Source: Anthoceros angustus
Taxonomy: Eukaryota; Plantae; Anthocerotophyta
Direction: 5' to 3'
DNA length: 64,000 bases
Assembly (NCBI GenBank): GCA_010909165.1
Contig: MU008166.1
Span: 930,001-994,000 of the forward strand
Under the pieces are notes generated by a model, which saw nothing but the letters and a program-made list of their open reading frames with translations, did no database searches and was not told where the DNA came from. The position numbers were made by a program, and so were the translations under genes. This document shows, piece after piece, positions 23,016 through 36,089 of the stretch (position 1 is the first letter of the stretch; every line of letters starts with the position of its first letter).

Positions 23016-26000
23016 CTATTTCCACACTTTCACTGCCCCATCCCTGCTGCTGGAGATTAGGAGCCGCTGATTTGTTTGAGCCAAGGCAAGGGATGTGATG
23101 CAGTCGCGGTGACACCCTGCTGTATCTGTTGCTGCCGCTACAATGCTGGGTTTCGATGAGTTTTTCACCTTACTACTGGTGCTGCCATCCAAAGGAGGAT
23201 GCTCCTACGGAAGACAACAAAGAGAGAGATCAGCTGAGAATTTTCCCCTAGAAAGTTTTACCATAAGATGTACAGAGATCACGAGTCACCTGAACGACTC
23301 GGACACCTGAGATGACCGTCGTACTGTAGACCTGGGAATCGGGTGCTGTAGGTCCCTTTACTGTTGGCCCACAAACGCAGTAGCTCTTCCCAGGCCTTCA
23401 CAACACCAAGAGAATCAGAAAAAGGAAGGACCAGGAAGAGCAGGTATCACTTTCCTGCTTCAAAAACTTTAACTGTACCTGAGGCGATCCCATAGACGAA
23501 TCCGCAGATCTGTTCCTCCACATATGATGGAGGCACCACCTGAAAGGGGCAGAAGTGCACGAACTCCAGGAAGTTGAGGTGGTGGATCAATGAGCTCCTC
23601 AACTTTGTACCGTTCTTTTGGAGTAGCGATTTGATCTGTACGGAACCGACTTTCTTTCAAAGCGGCAGGAAGCTCATGTGTCTCGGAAGCTGCTGTGTCT
23701 CCTTGCATCTGCAACACCTGCAACCCGACAAATTTTCAAGAACTGGATGGTGATAGACAAAACTACCCACGAACTAATAAATGACACGAAGTCAGTCAGG
23801 CTCTTCCTCACAACAAGGCTCAGAGACTGGGCTGAGACAAGTCACCTGAAGACAATTCCCGTCTTCAGCATTCCATAAAGCCAGTTCGTTCCGTCCTGCT
23901 GCAACATACACCAATGGACGTCTAGAAGGTTTTAACGGATCCCAAGACCAAGGTTGCAGGGGGGACATACACTTGATGAAGCATCCAGAGGGATGGCACC
24001 AAGTATTTACTGGAATCAGGAACCTTAAGTCCCACAGAGTCAGGAAGCCCCTAGATGTTGCAGATACGAGCCAGTTACAGTTGAAGTCGAGCGCAGTTGC
24101 TGTAACATAGCCTTGTGCAGGTTCCACGCTCAATGACCAAGCATCCACCTGTTTTCGCACGTCCCAGAGGTGAATATTATCTTTCAGTGTGCTGTATAGC
24201 AGTAATAGAGTGCCTTCCCCACAAAAGTTCTGCAAAGATGTTACTGGCCCCTCCTGCGATTCTAGCTTCCTGATCTCTGAGAAGCCCGAGTATTTCTCTG
24301 CACTGTTGCCCTCACGAGCAACATAATCTACATTAAATACATGAATCACACCATCACTTGTTGCAGCTGCTACCTTATGGTCACTGCCAAATGTTTGCAC
24401 ATGAAGTACACGCCCAGCTTTACAGCTATATGTCAGTCTTGACCTGAATGAAATATCCCTCTCCAGACGTCGGCAATCCCAAACTTTCACTGTCCCATCA
24501 TCTGATCCACTGAGAAAAAACACATTATCACTAGACACAGCCACTTCATTGACCGCTTGTTGATGTTCTTGCAGATGTGCAATCAGGACTCCTCTTGGTC
24601 GCCAAGAAGTATCCCAGTTAGAACCTTCAAGTTCCCCTCCCCCAAGCGCCTCCATGGTTGGGTCTTGGTCAACCAAAGCATCTGCACTTGGTCCACTCTG
24701 ACTTTGCACAAAAGAATCCAAAGATGCTACAGGCACAGCCTGAATGGATGTGCGTAGCACATTGCCATCCCCATCTCTCCTGTAAGCGTCCTTTGTCACA
24801 TCATACATGAAATGACCTCCATTGTAAACAGATCCAGTCATGGAAACTGAACTTTGGTATGGATCTGCTGGCACCATGGAAGAGTGGGTAGCTCCAATCG
24901 TGGCCCATTGAGATGAAGCCACAGCTAAGGAGCTCCCCATGGGTGTGCCTGCAACAGCTGTCATGAAATAAGGCACATTACCCTGACGTGCACCAAAGAT
25001 TCGGCTCCATTCCTCGTTACTAGATGGGCTTGCATCAAATACAACCGCTTGCCCATCTTGCTTTTTTGGGCCATCTTGCTTTTTCTCATTAACGGAAACC
25101 CAGTACAAGGGGATACCTTCCGATGTACCATCATAGTGTGAATAATAACCTGTTCCCACTCCAGAGGCCAGTCCAAGAGCCGAACTCTGTAGCTTCTCCG
25201 TATTTTCCACCTCCCAATTGTGCATTCTAGTTTGCATAGTGCTTGATAAGTTGCGAATATAGCCTTCCATTGCTTTCAGTTTTTCACCATCCCCCGATTC
25301 AGAGCCTTCCACTTCATCACTAAAGCAACTTGTGAGCCCTTGCAAGGAAGGCAGCTTTGATCCCAAGTTCTTCATACCCCGTGAGTCTGCTGTTGCCGAG
25401 GCAATGTCAGCCTCTTTCCCAAACCGACTTCTTTCCAGTGGCTTGACTTGGCTCTGCGACGGTGACCTCTGCCTACCTTTTCGCTGCTGGACAACTTTGG
25501 TGCACAGCTGCTCAGAAGAATTTCCTTTCCGTTGGTGCACAACTTTGGTGCACAGCTGATCAGAAGGATTTTCTAATAACATAATGTCACTCAACAACCT
25601 GTTAAAGGCCTCTCTTGACATAGGCGGCTTCAAGCAAGGCATAAGAGCTTCCTCTGAGCATAATGAGGCAGGTTCTCTTCGAAGGAAGGGAGATAGAATG
25701 GGAGATAAAAGTGAATAGGCTTCTGCAATATCCAAATTGCAGCTGGTCCCAGCGACAAAAGTAATCGCTGCCTTCCGAACCCACTGGCTTGGGTGACAGA
25801 GAAGTGGAGCTGCCCGTTCTACTGCTTCCAGCAACACACGCTTCCGCAACATTCTATGACAACATAAAGCAGCTAGGCAGTTCAAGGAGTTGACAACGAC
25901 AATCTCTTCAACATCACTCAGAGCCTGTTCTACATAAGGGAGCAGATAAGCCTCTACACTCATTTGGCCTATGAATAAGCACACATGAATGATATGCTCA

Positions 26001-29000
26001 AAGAAAGCAGAACGGAGCTGCTCATCCCGATCATTCAAAAAGGCTGGCAGTATTGGGAGAAGGAAGTCATTGCTCTGTTTCTGGCCAAAAAACTTGCAAA
26101 GTGACCCAACATGTGTCAGGAGTGCCCGCCTGATCGTGGGTGTTTGCTTTTGCCCAATGACCAACTCTTGAATAACTCGAGCTAATGCCTCACGCAACTG
26201 AGAAAGCTCATTCTCAATTTTGCTGGCAGTATGCTGATGAACACTGGGAAGAGGTGGCTTCTCAGTTGTATGGACCCTAAAGGCACGACTCGGGCTGTCT
26301 AGGCCTCCTAAATCACTGATATACTGGGAGTTTTTGAGACACCTATCAGCAGTCTCTGCAATCAGACTGACGTTATCTGAATAGGCTATGCGGACACTTT
26401 CTTCTGGATCATCTGGCAACATGGAAAGAAGTGGGAGGATGTACTCGGGAAAAAGCTTTGCATCACCTGGAGGAAAGCTCGAAACCTTGGACACCACATT
26501 ACAGAGGGTCTGTAGAGCTGCACACCGTACTATAGCTGCTGAATCAGAAAGCAGGGCAGCAACATATGGAATGATTTGTTGCAGTCTGCAATCATCATCA
26601 CAGAATTCCGAGGCATCTTGCAGCAACTGAACAGCCCCTCTCCGTGCCTGTGGAAGCCTAACATTCCTCAGGCAAGAGCATAACAGGGAAGCAATAAGAA
26701 CCATGCCGTCACACCTTAATACTTTCGATCCAGAACCCTGCTCTGGACTTTTTGCAACCACCAATGAATCAATGCTTCCACCTGCTATTGGCATAGACCC
26801 ACTCTTGATTGCACCTTGAACTGGAGTGGGAAGTCGCCTCCTACGTTTCCGTAACCAGCGCCTTCGTCTCAATGTGCAATCAGGCGTACATGCTGCTGTC
26901 CACGTTTGAGAAAGCCCTTGGCGCACTCCCAGTTTTTGTTGAGTTTGTTTCTCACCTTGTGCAGCGGTTGCATAACCTCTTACAGCCTTTTCTAGGTCTT
27001 GTGCAACCACCTTTCGATATCTCCATCCTTCCCTATCAACTCCAACACCTGCAAAAGACAGACATGTCACACAGCACTTGAACTGAGTTCGTTGTAAGGC
27101 AGCAGCTGCTGGAGCATAACAACATACACTTCATACCATTCATTAGCCAGTTTAAGTCAACCTCCCAATCGCCCTCCCACATCCAACCACTCTCTAAAGG
27201 AAGAGTGACGTCGCCCTTTTGCCGCCCGCCTGCACCTTTCACACCACTTTCACTCGACTCTCCAGTTGAGAAGGGCCATTCACTAAACGTACCACCAGGC
27301 TCTCTAACTTGATTCTCGTAGACCTGCATATAATAAAGCACACTCTAAGTGAAGGGCAGTTAAGAACTAGATCCAGCAGTCAGGTGAATACATGCAAAAG
27401 AGTGTCCACATAGACGAGCAGGATCAAGACCTCGCATATTCACCTGCTCAACTATAACCTCCTCCACTGCAAGAGCTGCATCTGCCATTGCAAGTGATGC
27501 TGGTTTTATGCGAACTTGGGATCCTGAGGTCGTGGGTACTTGGACATCAGAGATGACGTGGTCTCCATCCAGGGAAAAAGATTCTTCCACAATCCCCAAG
27601 TTTCGTATCACACCTAGAGGGAGCTTTGCTTCTGAGCCTTTAGTTGGAATACCTGAGAGTGTTATGTTCACGGACCTAGCCCTACCCAGACTCCGTTTAC
27701 TGAATTTATCCAGAACATCATCCCGTTCACCATGCTCGTCTTTGAAGGATCTGACTTGTGAAGGAACACCTGTAGAAGGCAGGCCTACATCACTGGCCAT
27801 CCGCTCATTTCTCAACTGTGCATTTATGTCTGACAGCAGACTCACATGGGAATCCCCTGAGATGGTCTTGGAACGTCCATATCTCCGACCAATTGCACTG
27901 CCATCAGCACCATGCGTACGGTTGGATCCTGCAAAAGCGTGCTGGCCTCCTGGGCCATCGTTCTGACGACCACTAAATATCCTAGCATGTCTTTCTCCTG
28001 TTTGCTTTCTTTCCACTTTACGCTTTGCATCTGCTAACATTTGCTTTCGAATTTCTGGGAACGCACCTTGTGTGACTGCCACCTGTTCATAAGATGCACT
28101 AATAGATTCAATCATCTGGCAGCTCTCAAGTCCATGCTCTGGAAGTGATCAAACGGGCTCCAAGGACATCTACATAGAGGGGCATTTCATGACACTGATG
28201 CCTTACAAATGTGCATTGTAAAGAAGGAGAGCTCACCCTCGTGTCTGGGTCCAGGGGAACTATACAAGAGAAGAAATTGTGCAGAAGTGGTGAGAAATAG
28301 CTTGGGAACAATGTAGGTGCCCAGCTTTCCAGATACTCATGTGCCGACAGACGGGATTCTGGATTCCGCTGTATCATGTGCAAAACCATCTCGCATATTC
28401 CAGAATCAGGAATCTGAAGCAAATTATCCCACCAGTAAGTCGCTCTGCGCAACCTGACATGTATTCACACTCACGCCTTAAGAAAGCATGAGTACAAGAA
28501 AAGCTTTAGTTCACCTTTTCCAGAGAAGGCCTTGGGTCATATTCTCCCCTCCGATACATGAGAAGCTGTGAAAGAGTGAAAATAGCTTGACCTTCAAGGA
28601 AGAGCTCTGCAATTACACACCTATAAATACCCGACAACCAAAGAACCATTACACATAAGTGGTATCAGATTTTTGATCTACGCAGAAATACTTGACTAAC
28701 GTACCGTATCTAAAATCACACAAGCAATCACTTGCTGCTCATGTGCAGACACTTCGACACTATCTACTGGAAACCAGAGGGAATCAAGATGTCGATACCC
28801 AAGTGAGAACACATCCATTGAAGGTTGCAGAGGGCCATCGCCCACCGGAACCTGATCACAAAATCGCTGCAAAGACAAGAAGCACAATTGGCTTAAATAC
28901 AAGGCTGGGCTACAAACTTCTCACTTCACTTTGAAGACGTAGGTAGATATAAGGACGATTTACCTCAGGTGCAAGATAGCAGCGACGGCTGCCACCAGTG

Positions 29001-30093
29001 TCAAAGAAAAATGAGAAGTCTGCAGGATTATCAGCTGGAAGATATGTTGGCTTGAAGCAGGCATAGTCCGCAAGGTAAACCCAGTTCCAGGACGTTACCA
29101 GAACATTCTCACATTTTATGTCACCTGCTCAGGACAACCATTCTCAACAACAATAAATAGATGGCAAAGGTAGCATTATCAGATCACAAGCCTAGCCACT
29201 TGTAAAGGACTCACCGTGACAGACTTTGTGCTCATGGCTCTGCTTCACTGCATGCAGTAGCTGCAAAACCATAGATTCAAATTGAGATCTGGCACAATCC
29301 TTATTTTGACACATCACCATGCTCTATCCTCAATCAAACTCCTGTATCATAATCTCAAGACTGAAACTGAGTGCAAATTCAGGACTTAATCCAAAAATCT
29401 CTCTTCCATGTTCCCAAGACTGAAGGTAGTTTCTCCAGCTGGAGAAACTCACTCAAGCCCACATCATTAGACTCCTGGCAACCTAAATCTCTGGTATATT
29501 TTAACCTGAAATGCCAGCCATTTCTTTTCTATGATGCTCAGGAAAGGGCGTGTGCTCATGCGATCATGGAGATTGCTGTAGAAGTACTGCCGTATGAGGT
29601 AGGCAGCCTTGTCTGTGTCCATCCAATGCTGCCACATAGGAAGCTCAAATTTCAGCAAAAGATGCAAGGAATGAGAAAGCTGATATTAGCTGATCAAGCT
29701 AAGTCACCTGAAAGGGCCAAACATGTGAATGCTTGATATCCTTTAGTTTCTCCTTGATTTCTTTCAGCTTCCGTTCATGAGCCTGAAGGAATGAAAGACG
29801 CAACTGGTTGATCAGCTAGAAAAAATTGCAATACCGTTGAGGTTAGACAGAAACAGGGCATTTCTTCACATGAACCACATATTGACGCAAATCACCTTCA
29901 CATCGGGAAATTCGCCACGCTTGAAGTAGACCTTGACAACAAGCCATCCCTCATCATGCGCACAAACTATGGATTTTAGAAAGCGGCCTCTGCCCAGCGA
30001 TTCCTTCAACACCAAATTTAAAGTGGTTGGCAGATCCTGCAGGTAGTACTCCGAAGCCGATGCCTGGGTTGTGCGGGCTAATTTGTTCCCCAT
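23016..30093 (-). CDS. VPS15: VPS15 / PI3K class III regulatory subunit: kinase - DysF-like insert - HEAT - WD40; multi-exon
   Basis: Starts [18 protein letters not shown] (myristoylation Gly). [41 protein letters not shown] region, [17 protein letters not shown]40, and C-terminus HRDCITSLA...[12 protein letters not shown] (TAG 23016-23018). Confidence 0.96.
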
Positions 30094-30241
30094 CTTTGAT
30101 CTCCAGTCATCTGCTCTGATGGTTAATATGCAAAGCCCTAGTGCAACTCATGCTCTGTGTCTGACACTACATATGGAATGTTACCGAATGAAGCAGCTCG
30201 GAGACTTGTCTTTGTAAGCTGTATTTGTAGTCTTCGAAGAG

Positions 30242-32350
30242 ATGGCTTCCCGGGTGCCCACCTTCCCTTCACGTGTTTCCTCTCGCGAATTGGGGTCTTC
30301 AAGCACCCTCTCACCTGGATCGATTTCTGTGCCTGTTTCTGGAGGAGATTTCGATTCCGACGACACCAAGAAAAAGAGGAGGAGGAAGAGGTTCGCACGG
30401 GTGCCGGGTGACTTATGTGAGGGCTTCTATCTGTGACCGCTCTGTTAACGACAGTTGAGATGCTAAAGTCTAGTCTCACCACGGCTTCCGGATCTGCGCA
30501 GGTTTAGAAAGGAGAAGTTGCGGGGCATGGGGATTGGGAGCTCTTATAATCCTCTTTTGCTTTTGGTTTGTTTCCGTTCAGGTTCCTCATGCCAGACCAG
30601 GTGATAAATCTCTTGGGCAATTGCCAGGGGCAGCTAGTAGCATCTGGTCAATCAGCTGAATTTGCGGATGGGCTCTTGCAGGTGGACGTGTAGACTCTCA
30701 GGACGCGAAGAAGCCTGGCAGTACAAAGTCTAAGCTGAATAATCTGGACATGCCAATGAGAAGGAGAAATGGGACTCTGGAACGTAGGTGTTGGGGGCCG
30801 CAGGGAAGGGGGCGGGGGTGGGGGAAAGGGAGGTGGGGAGCTGTCAGCTAGTTGGCCCTCTTTAGCTGTCTATGACCGTGGTCTCGTATTTGCAGCTTGC
30901 CTGAAGCTCCTTCCTGTTAAAGAACTTGAGAAGCTTTCGTTTCCTCCCCAGACTGGTGATGACACCATCAAACACCTACACTACATGAACTACTATGAGA
31001 ATGAACTATTACAGGTCGACGGGTCTGATGGTCAATCCCTGGTTTTCCACAAAAATAGAAGTACGAATCTCTTTACTGGGAACCTCACAGGTAGAACGAG
31101 AAGCGCGAGCTTCAAGGTCCGTTCGCTGTGCTTGCCCATATATGCGTGTTTGTGCTAGGAGCTTGGAAGGAACTCGAGCTGTCGTGAGGCGTAGCTGATG
31201 TTTGCCCTGTTGCTGTCAGATTGGTGAAACTGTGGCTGTTCATTGTGGGTTCTGCCATGAGCACGGTGGATTTGACATCTCTGCACCAGATAGACAGTTC
31301 CTGGCTAAGTGTGAAGCAGTCGTAATGACTTGCATATTTGGCGGAGGAGATGACCTGTACCAGCCTGTTGGGATGTCCAGTGCTTCTCTTGATAAGGTGT
31401 TGATCTCTAGGTTGCCGACCATTATGTCATCCAGCTCCTGGATCTCGAATTCTAACAGGACAAGTACCTATATGGCAGGTATGCTATGTAGCGTTCTGGG
31501 ATAACGTGACAGTACAAGCTATGCAGGAACGTGGAATATACCCTGACAAAGTGAGCAGGAAAATAGGGCATTGGAGAGCTGTCTTTGTTGACAATCTACC
31601 TTTCTCTGATCAGCGAAAAAATGGAAAGGTTCCAAAGGTTGGTCTTCCCTTCTATGGATGTTCAGTTTTTTGCGTTTAATTCCAGGATTGCAGTGTTTTT
31701 CGTGCCGGCAAATTGCAACAATTCGAATTTTTGTTTCATTCTTCTACAGATGTTGAGTCATCGACTGTTTCCAAACGCCAAGTATTCTGTTTGGGTAGAT
31801 TCAAAATCACAGTTTCGTCGAGATCCTCTGGGAGTGTTTGAAGCCCTTCTCTGGCGGCCACAAGCTACTTTTGCCATTTCTCAGCATGGGGCACGGGATT
31901 GTGTTTATGAAGAAGGAATTGCAATTGTGCAAAAACATAAAGCAACACCTGGGGAGGTTGCAGCTCAACTTGGCCAGTACGAGTCTGAAGGATTGCCAAG
32001 GAAAGCACAGATAGAAGGCCACAAAGGTGAGTCTGAAAGCCTGGCAGCATTTGCTTTGGACAAATCATTCTTGTCGTCTTGAAAATGTCTTCAGTACCTT
32101 CTAAGGACCTGGTTGTGTTGCAGCATTGGCTGAAGCCTCCGTTATCATTCGCCAGCACACACCAAGGACCAATTTGTTTATGTGCTTATGGTTCAACGAG
32201 GTTGCGTTGTTCACTGCCAGAGATCAGCTTAGCTTTGTTTACGTTTTGACCAAGCTACCCATCCCCAACATTAACATGTTTCCTGTGTGCACTCGGAGGG
32301 CTTTGGTGAACAGCCTTGGCCACAAAACCAAAGCAAAGCCCTCACTGTGA
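30242..32350 (+). CDS. DUF616 (TOD1/MUCI70-like glycosyltransferase/ceramidase-like family) protein; 5' exons uncertain
   Basis: VHCGFC, TCIFGGGDDLYQP, CYVAFWD, HRLFPNAKYSVWVDSK, FAISQHGAR, EASVIIRQH, CLWFNEV...RDQLSF. The ATG at 30242 is tentative. Confidence 0.85.
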
Positions 32351-32936
32351 GGAGGAAAGAAGGCTAACGGTGAGGGACTCAGTCCCACATTTTGGTTTTG
32401 GAATTGGGCGCTGGTAGCTCTGTGCAAGGTACGTTGTGCTCGCTTATAATTCCCATGCTCGGCGGACATTCTTTGTATATGGGCCCGTTTTGGTAGCAGT
32501 ATGAACAAGATCCTCACCTGATTTTCGCCTGCTGTTGCAACAGGTGTAATAATAAGAGTGCGGGATTAAATCTGGACTGTCTTCGCATCCCAAATCCCGT
32601 TTGTCAAGTGAGTGCTTTTCTTACTTTGTGAACTGTTGCTCAATATGCGATGTGATGGTTTCAGAACTGTTACACCGTCAAAAAATGTTCCATTGTCTAT
32701 TGGGGTCAGGTAAATTCCAAGCATTTGACTGGAACTCAACCTGCGGCGGATAACCAACTGCTAACACAAGCTAAAACATCAAGGCCCCTTCACCAGTCGA
32801 CAATTCGAAGTTTGATACCATGCTAGTTGGTAGCTCGTCCTCATTGTTTCGTAGGCTTGTTCATTACAGGATATTCAGTGTAGCCGAGACACAACGTTCG
32901 TCCCTGAGAATTCAAACATATTCAGTGCCCCTTCAA

Positions 32937-33614
32937 CTACATCGGCGTAGCATCCTGCTTGCTAGCTACGACCGGGCCAGACGGACTTTGACCCTGTGAA
33001 CGGGAATAAACCGGATGCACAGGTGCGCCCCCTGCAGGCTCAACATGAACCCATTTGCGGCCAGTAAGCTTGTTCTTGGCGAAGCGAACTTGCCCTGCAG
33101 ACAACGCGTAGAGCGTATGATCCTTGCCCATGCCAACAAAATCTCCTGGATGAAACCTGGTGCCTCTTTGCCTCACAATGATGTTGCCGGGGATCACTCT
33201 CTGCATACCGGTCACAAAATCTCAAAACACTGTCCACCATCGACAGTGGCAGGCCAAAATACACCCTTGGGAGAAGGCGTACCTGGCCGCCGAATTTCTT
33301 CACTCCTAAATACTTCGGCAACGAATCACGCCCATTCTGCGTGGAGCCTCCAGCCTTCTTAGTGGCCCATCTCCTGAAGACGAGACTCAAACCTCCGACC
33401 TCTCCCCCTGGAACGTCTGCAACCGGCAAGGCCGCAAGCTGAGTAACTACGAGGAAGGAACACTCCACCAGTGCTGAAGCTGGATTGAAAAATCCAGCAC
33501 TTATGCAACGGCTGCATTACCTTGGCAAACGGCCTGTCGCAGAGGGGACGGAGACGAGGACAGAGTGACGCGTGACAGCAGGCTGCTCAGGCTGTGCGAC
33601 GCATGCCTTGCCAT
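32937..33614 (-). CDS. RPL27: Mitochondrial-type ribosomal protein bL27, 3 exons, with a Ser/Arg-rich presequence
   Basis: [18 protein letters not shown]...[27 protein letters not shown]...GKDHTLYAL. First exon [16 protein letters not shown] from ATG 33614. Confidence 0.93.
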
Positions 33615-33811
33615 GACCGGGTCCAAAGAGAAGAAGAAGAGAAGAAAAAAATCCAATTATGTAACTCCTTGTTAATCGCTTCTTAAACCCCTGGCAGGGG
33701 ACGCGGACTTTTAGGGCTGGAGAGCCTCGTAGATTTCATTTCTCCTGTACATTCTCCGCCGTCTGTCCCTCGAATCCCCGCCTGCTAGTTCCCGTACCCT
33801 CCCCGGTCGTG

Positions 33812-34526
33812 ATGAATTCGACAATGGCGTCTCCATCGGCAACCAAGGTGATCACTCGAGGAGCGATGGCAGGTGCGCGGGCCTGCTACGCGGCCAGCTT
33901 GAAGCCCCGCGGCGTTGTCATTCGCCGCCACTACATCCCGGCAGCTTTGTCTGTTGCTCCCTCTCGTAGCGGCAGTTACAGGGGTATTAGCCATTCCCTC
34001 CCCGCTTCTTCCTTCTTGTTTCTGGTTCTTGGAGCTTAACTTCCGATTTCCTTCACCGACTGGTTTTCCGTGTTAAGGTGTTGCGTACCAACCTATCCGG
34101 GCTCACATGCCAAAGCGGCCAAGACCGTAAGTGGATTTCGTTTGCATGTCTTTTGCAAATCCTCTGTCGGCTGGTTGAGTTGTGTGTGTGTCGAGGTTGA
34201 TGTTGTGCTGGTGACCGTGTAGGCCAGGGAGCCCTGAACTCATTCCTCTTCCGGAGGTTACTGACTTTTCGCCAGAAGCTGTGGAGGAAAGGAGGAAGGA
34301 GGCAATGGCAGATGAGGAAGAAGTATGTCCTAGGTTCAACGCGCCTGGGAAGACTGTGGACGAGTATTTGCAGATTATGCAGAAGCTCAAGGAAATGCAG
34401 TTTAAGATGCAGGAAGACATACGTAAGCGGAAGTATGAAGCAAAGATGCAGCGGCAGGCCGAGGCCCGGGGTCAGGGTCAGGGTCAGGGTCAGGACCAGG
34501 GCCAGCAGGCCCGTGGTGAACGTTGA
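33812..34526 (+). CDS. Hypothetical protein of about 135-140 aa, 2 exons: transit-peptide-like N-terminus, charged coiled coil, (GQ)n tail
   Basis: Splice AGG G|gtattag...ttcgccag|AA GCT joins ORFs 33809-34039 and 34281-34526 in frame. No family recognised. Confidence 0.5.
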
Positions 34527-36089
34527 CCACGGCTGCTTCTCCACTACCTTCGTCGACACTGCCGGCGGAAGGAAACATCTCTACCCACTGTCGTGCTTCG
34601 GGATCGTAACCCTTCGTAACTGTGAGAGTTGTTTGGTAGATTGCTCAGTATAATCGTGTTGTACAGCAAAACATCCAAGCTCCCTTTCTCGTGATTTGGG
34701 AGTTTCACGTAGTATTGAAAATGTCTGGTGGAGACTGGCGTGTCGTTAATGTCTGCAATGGTTTAATAGAGTGTTCAACATCTGCAGATGGATGTCGAAA
34801 ATGTAGCTACACAAACCTTAGTGCTTAAGGATAATGCTGCAAGCAAGGGATAGCCGTAGTGGCAATATAGAGCGTTTTGTATTATCTGCAATTCCAACTC
34901 AGACGTAATCACTGGAATGTGGAATTTGCCACATTGTTCAGCAGCCAAATAAGCTCCCTTGGGGAACTGCGTGACCTGTTTACATGGCAAGCCAATTTTG
35001 TTATCATTTTTTTCCTCGTAAAGCCTGCAGACCGGCTTGAGATCGCCCGCAACTGAAAACTAGGACAATCGTGCTACCTATGGGCAGACTTACTAATGTC
35101 TAGTGACTTCAAAACGAGCCACCCAAGTTCATGGCAAGTCTCTAGCTATATACTGCTAGGGGCAGTCCCTTCAGCCATCCCTTCATGTATATAAGCTACT
35201 AGGTGAGTGCTAGCTACAACAGTAAAGCTGGAAAATCCAGTTCTGACAAAACAGGGTGATAGAATCCAGCATGTTTACAGAAAGATCCCTAAGCAACCTC
35301 GTTGCCTGAGCTCCCTAACCAAAACACCATCTGACTTTCCTCCCACAGGTGATTTGCGATACAGCTCTGCACTTTGATATGACAGCTTAGTTTCAAACAA
35401 GAGTCGCCACCAACCACCATCATGGTATGCACAACAACGCACCTCATCTGTAGAGTGTTGCTCTGCAACATGTACAAAAACTGAGTTTGCAACGTCAACA
35501 TAGAATCTGTCAATTTTCAGGTCCAAGCACATCTTGAGCCTGCAACTGTAGCTTTCTCGGTAGAAACAAGAAGACTTTCTTCAGATATCCAAATTCATGA
35601 GTGCACTCTGTGGGTGTCACTGCCGTTGCTCAGGCTCACCCCATTATACTGAAGTCTTCCGAGAACTTTTATCTGAAACAGAAACAACCAGACAAAATTT
35701 TTTGAAGCTGAGGAGGTAACATTACAACCTCCAACCCCATTACCCTCGTAATAATCCTCTGCTGTACCAACATCATTGACCCTCAGGCCTTCCCATGTAG
35801 GGCATCCAATCAAACCAGGCCTTTCACTGTAAGGCATCCAGTCACACCATCCTGTGTCTCTGGAAGTGAATGGCAGTACTCATCTCTCCAAATTGGCCAG
35901 CATCAAATAATGAACAGCAGTGAGGAAGGAGGTAGCATGGGTTCTTAGACCGATTTCTTATCTTGAACCCAGGTAACAATGCAAGGTTATGTAGGGGAGC
36001 ATAACTTCCCCACCCGTCATAGTGTCACTTCAAAAAACCGTGACCCATGTCTACAAAAACCTAGGGCTCTCCCTTTGAGGCATTGTTAT

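Noticed and set aside
27508-27966. Antisense ORFs over VPS15, DRM, the NTase gene and chrA
   Set aside because: Shadow frames of the real genes on the opposite strand.
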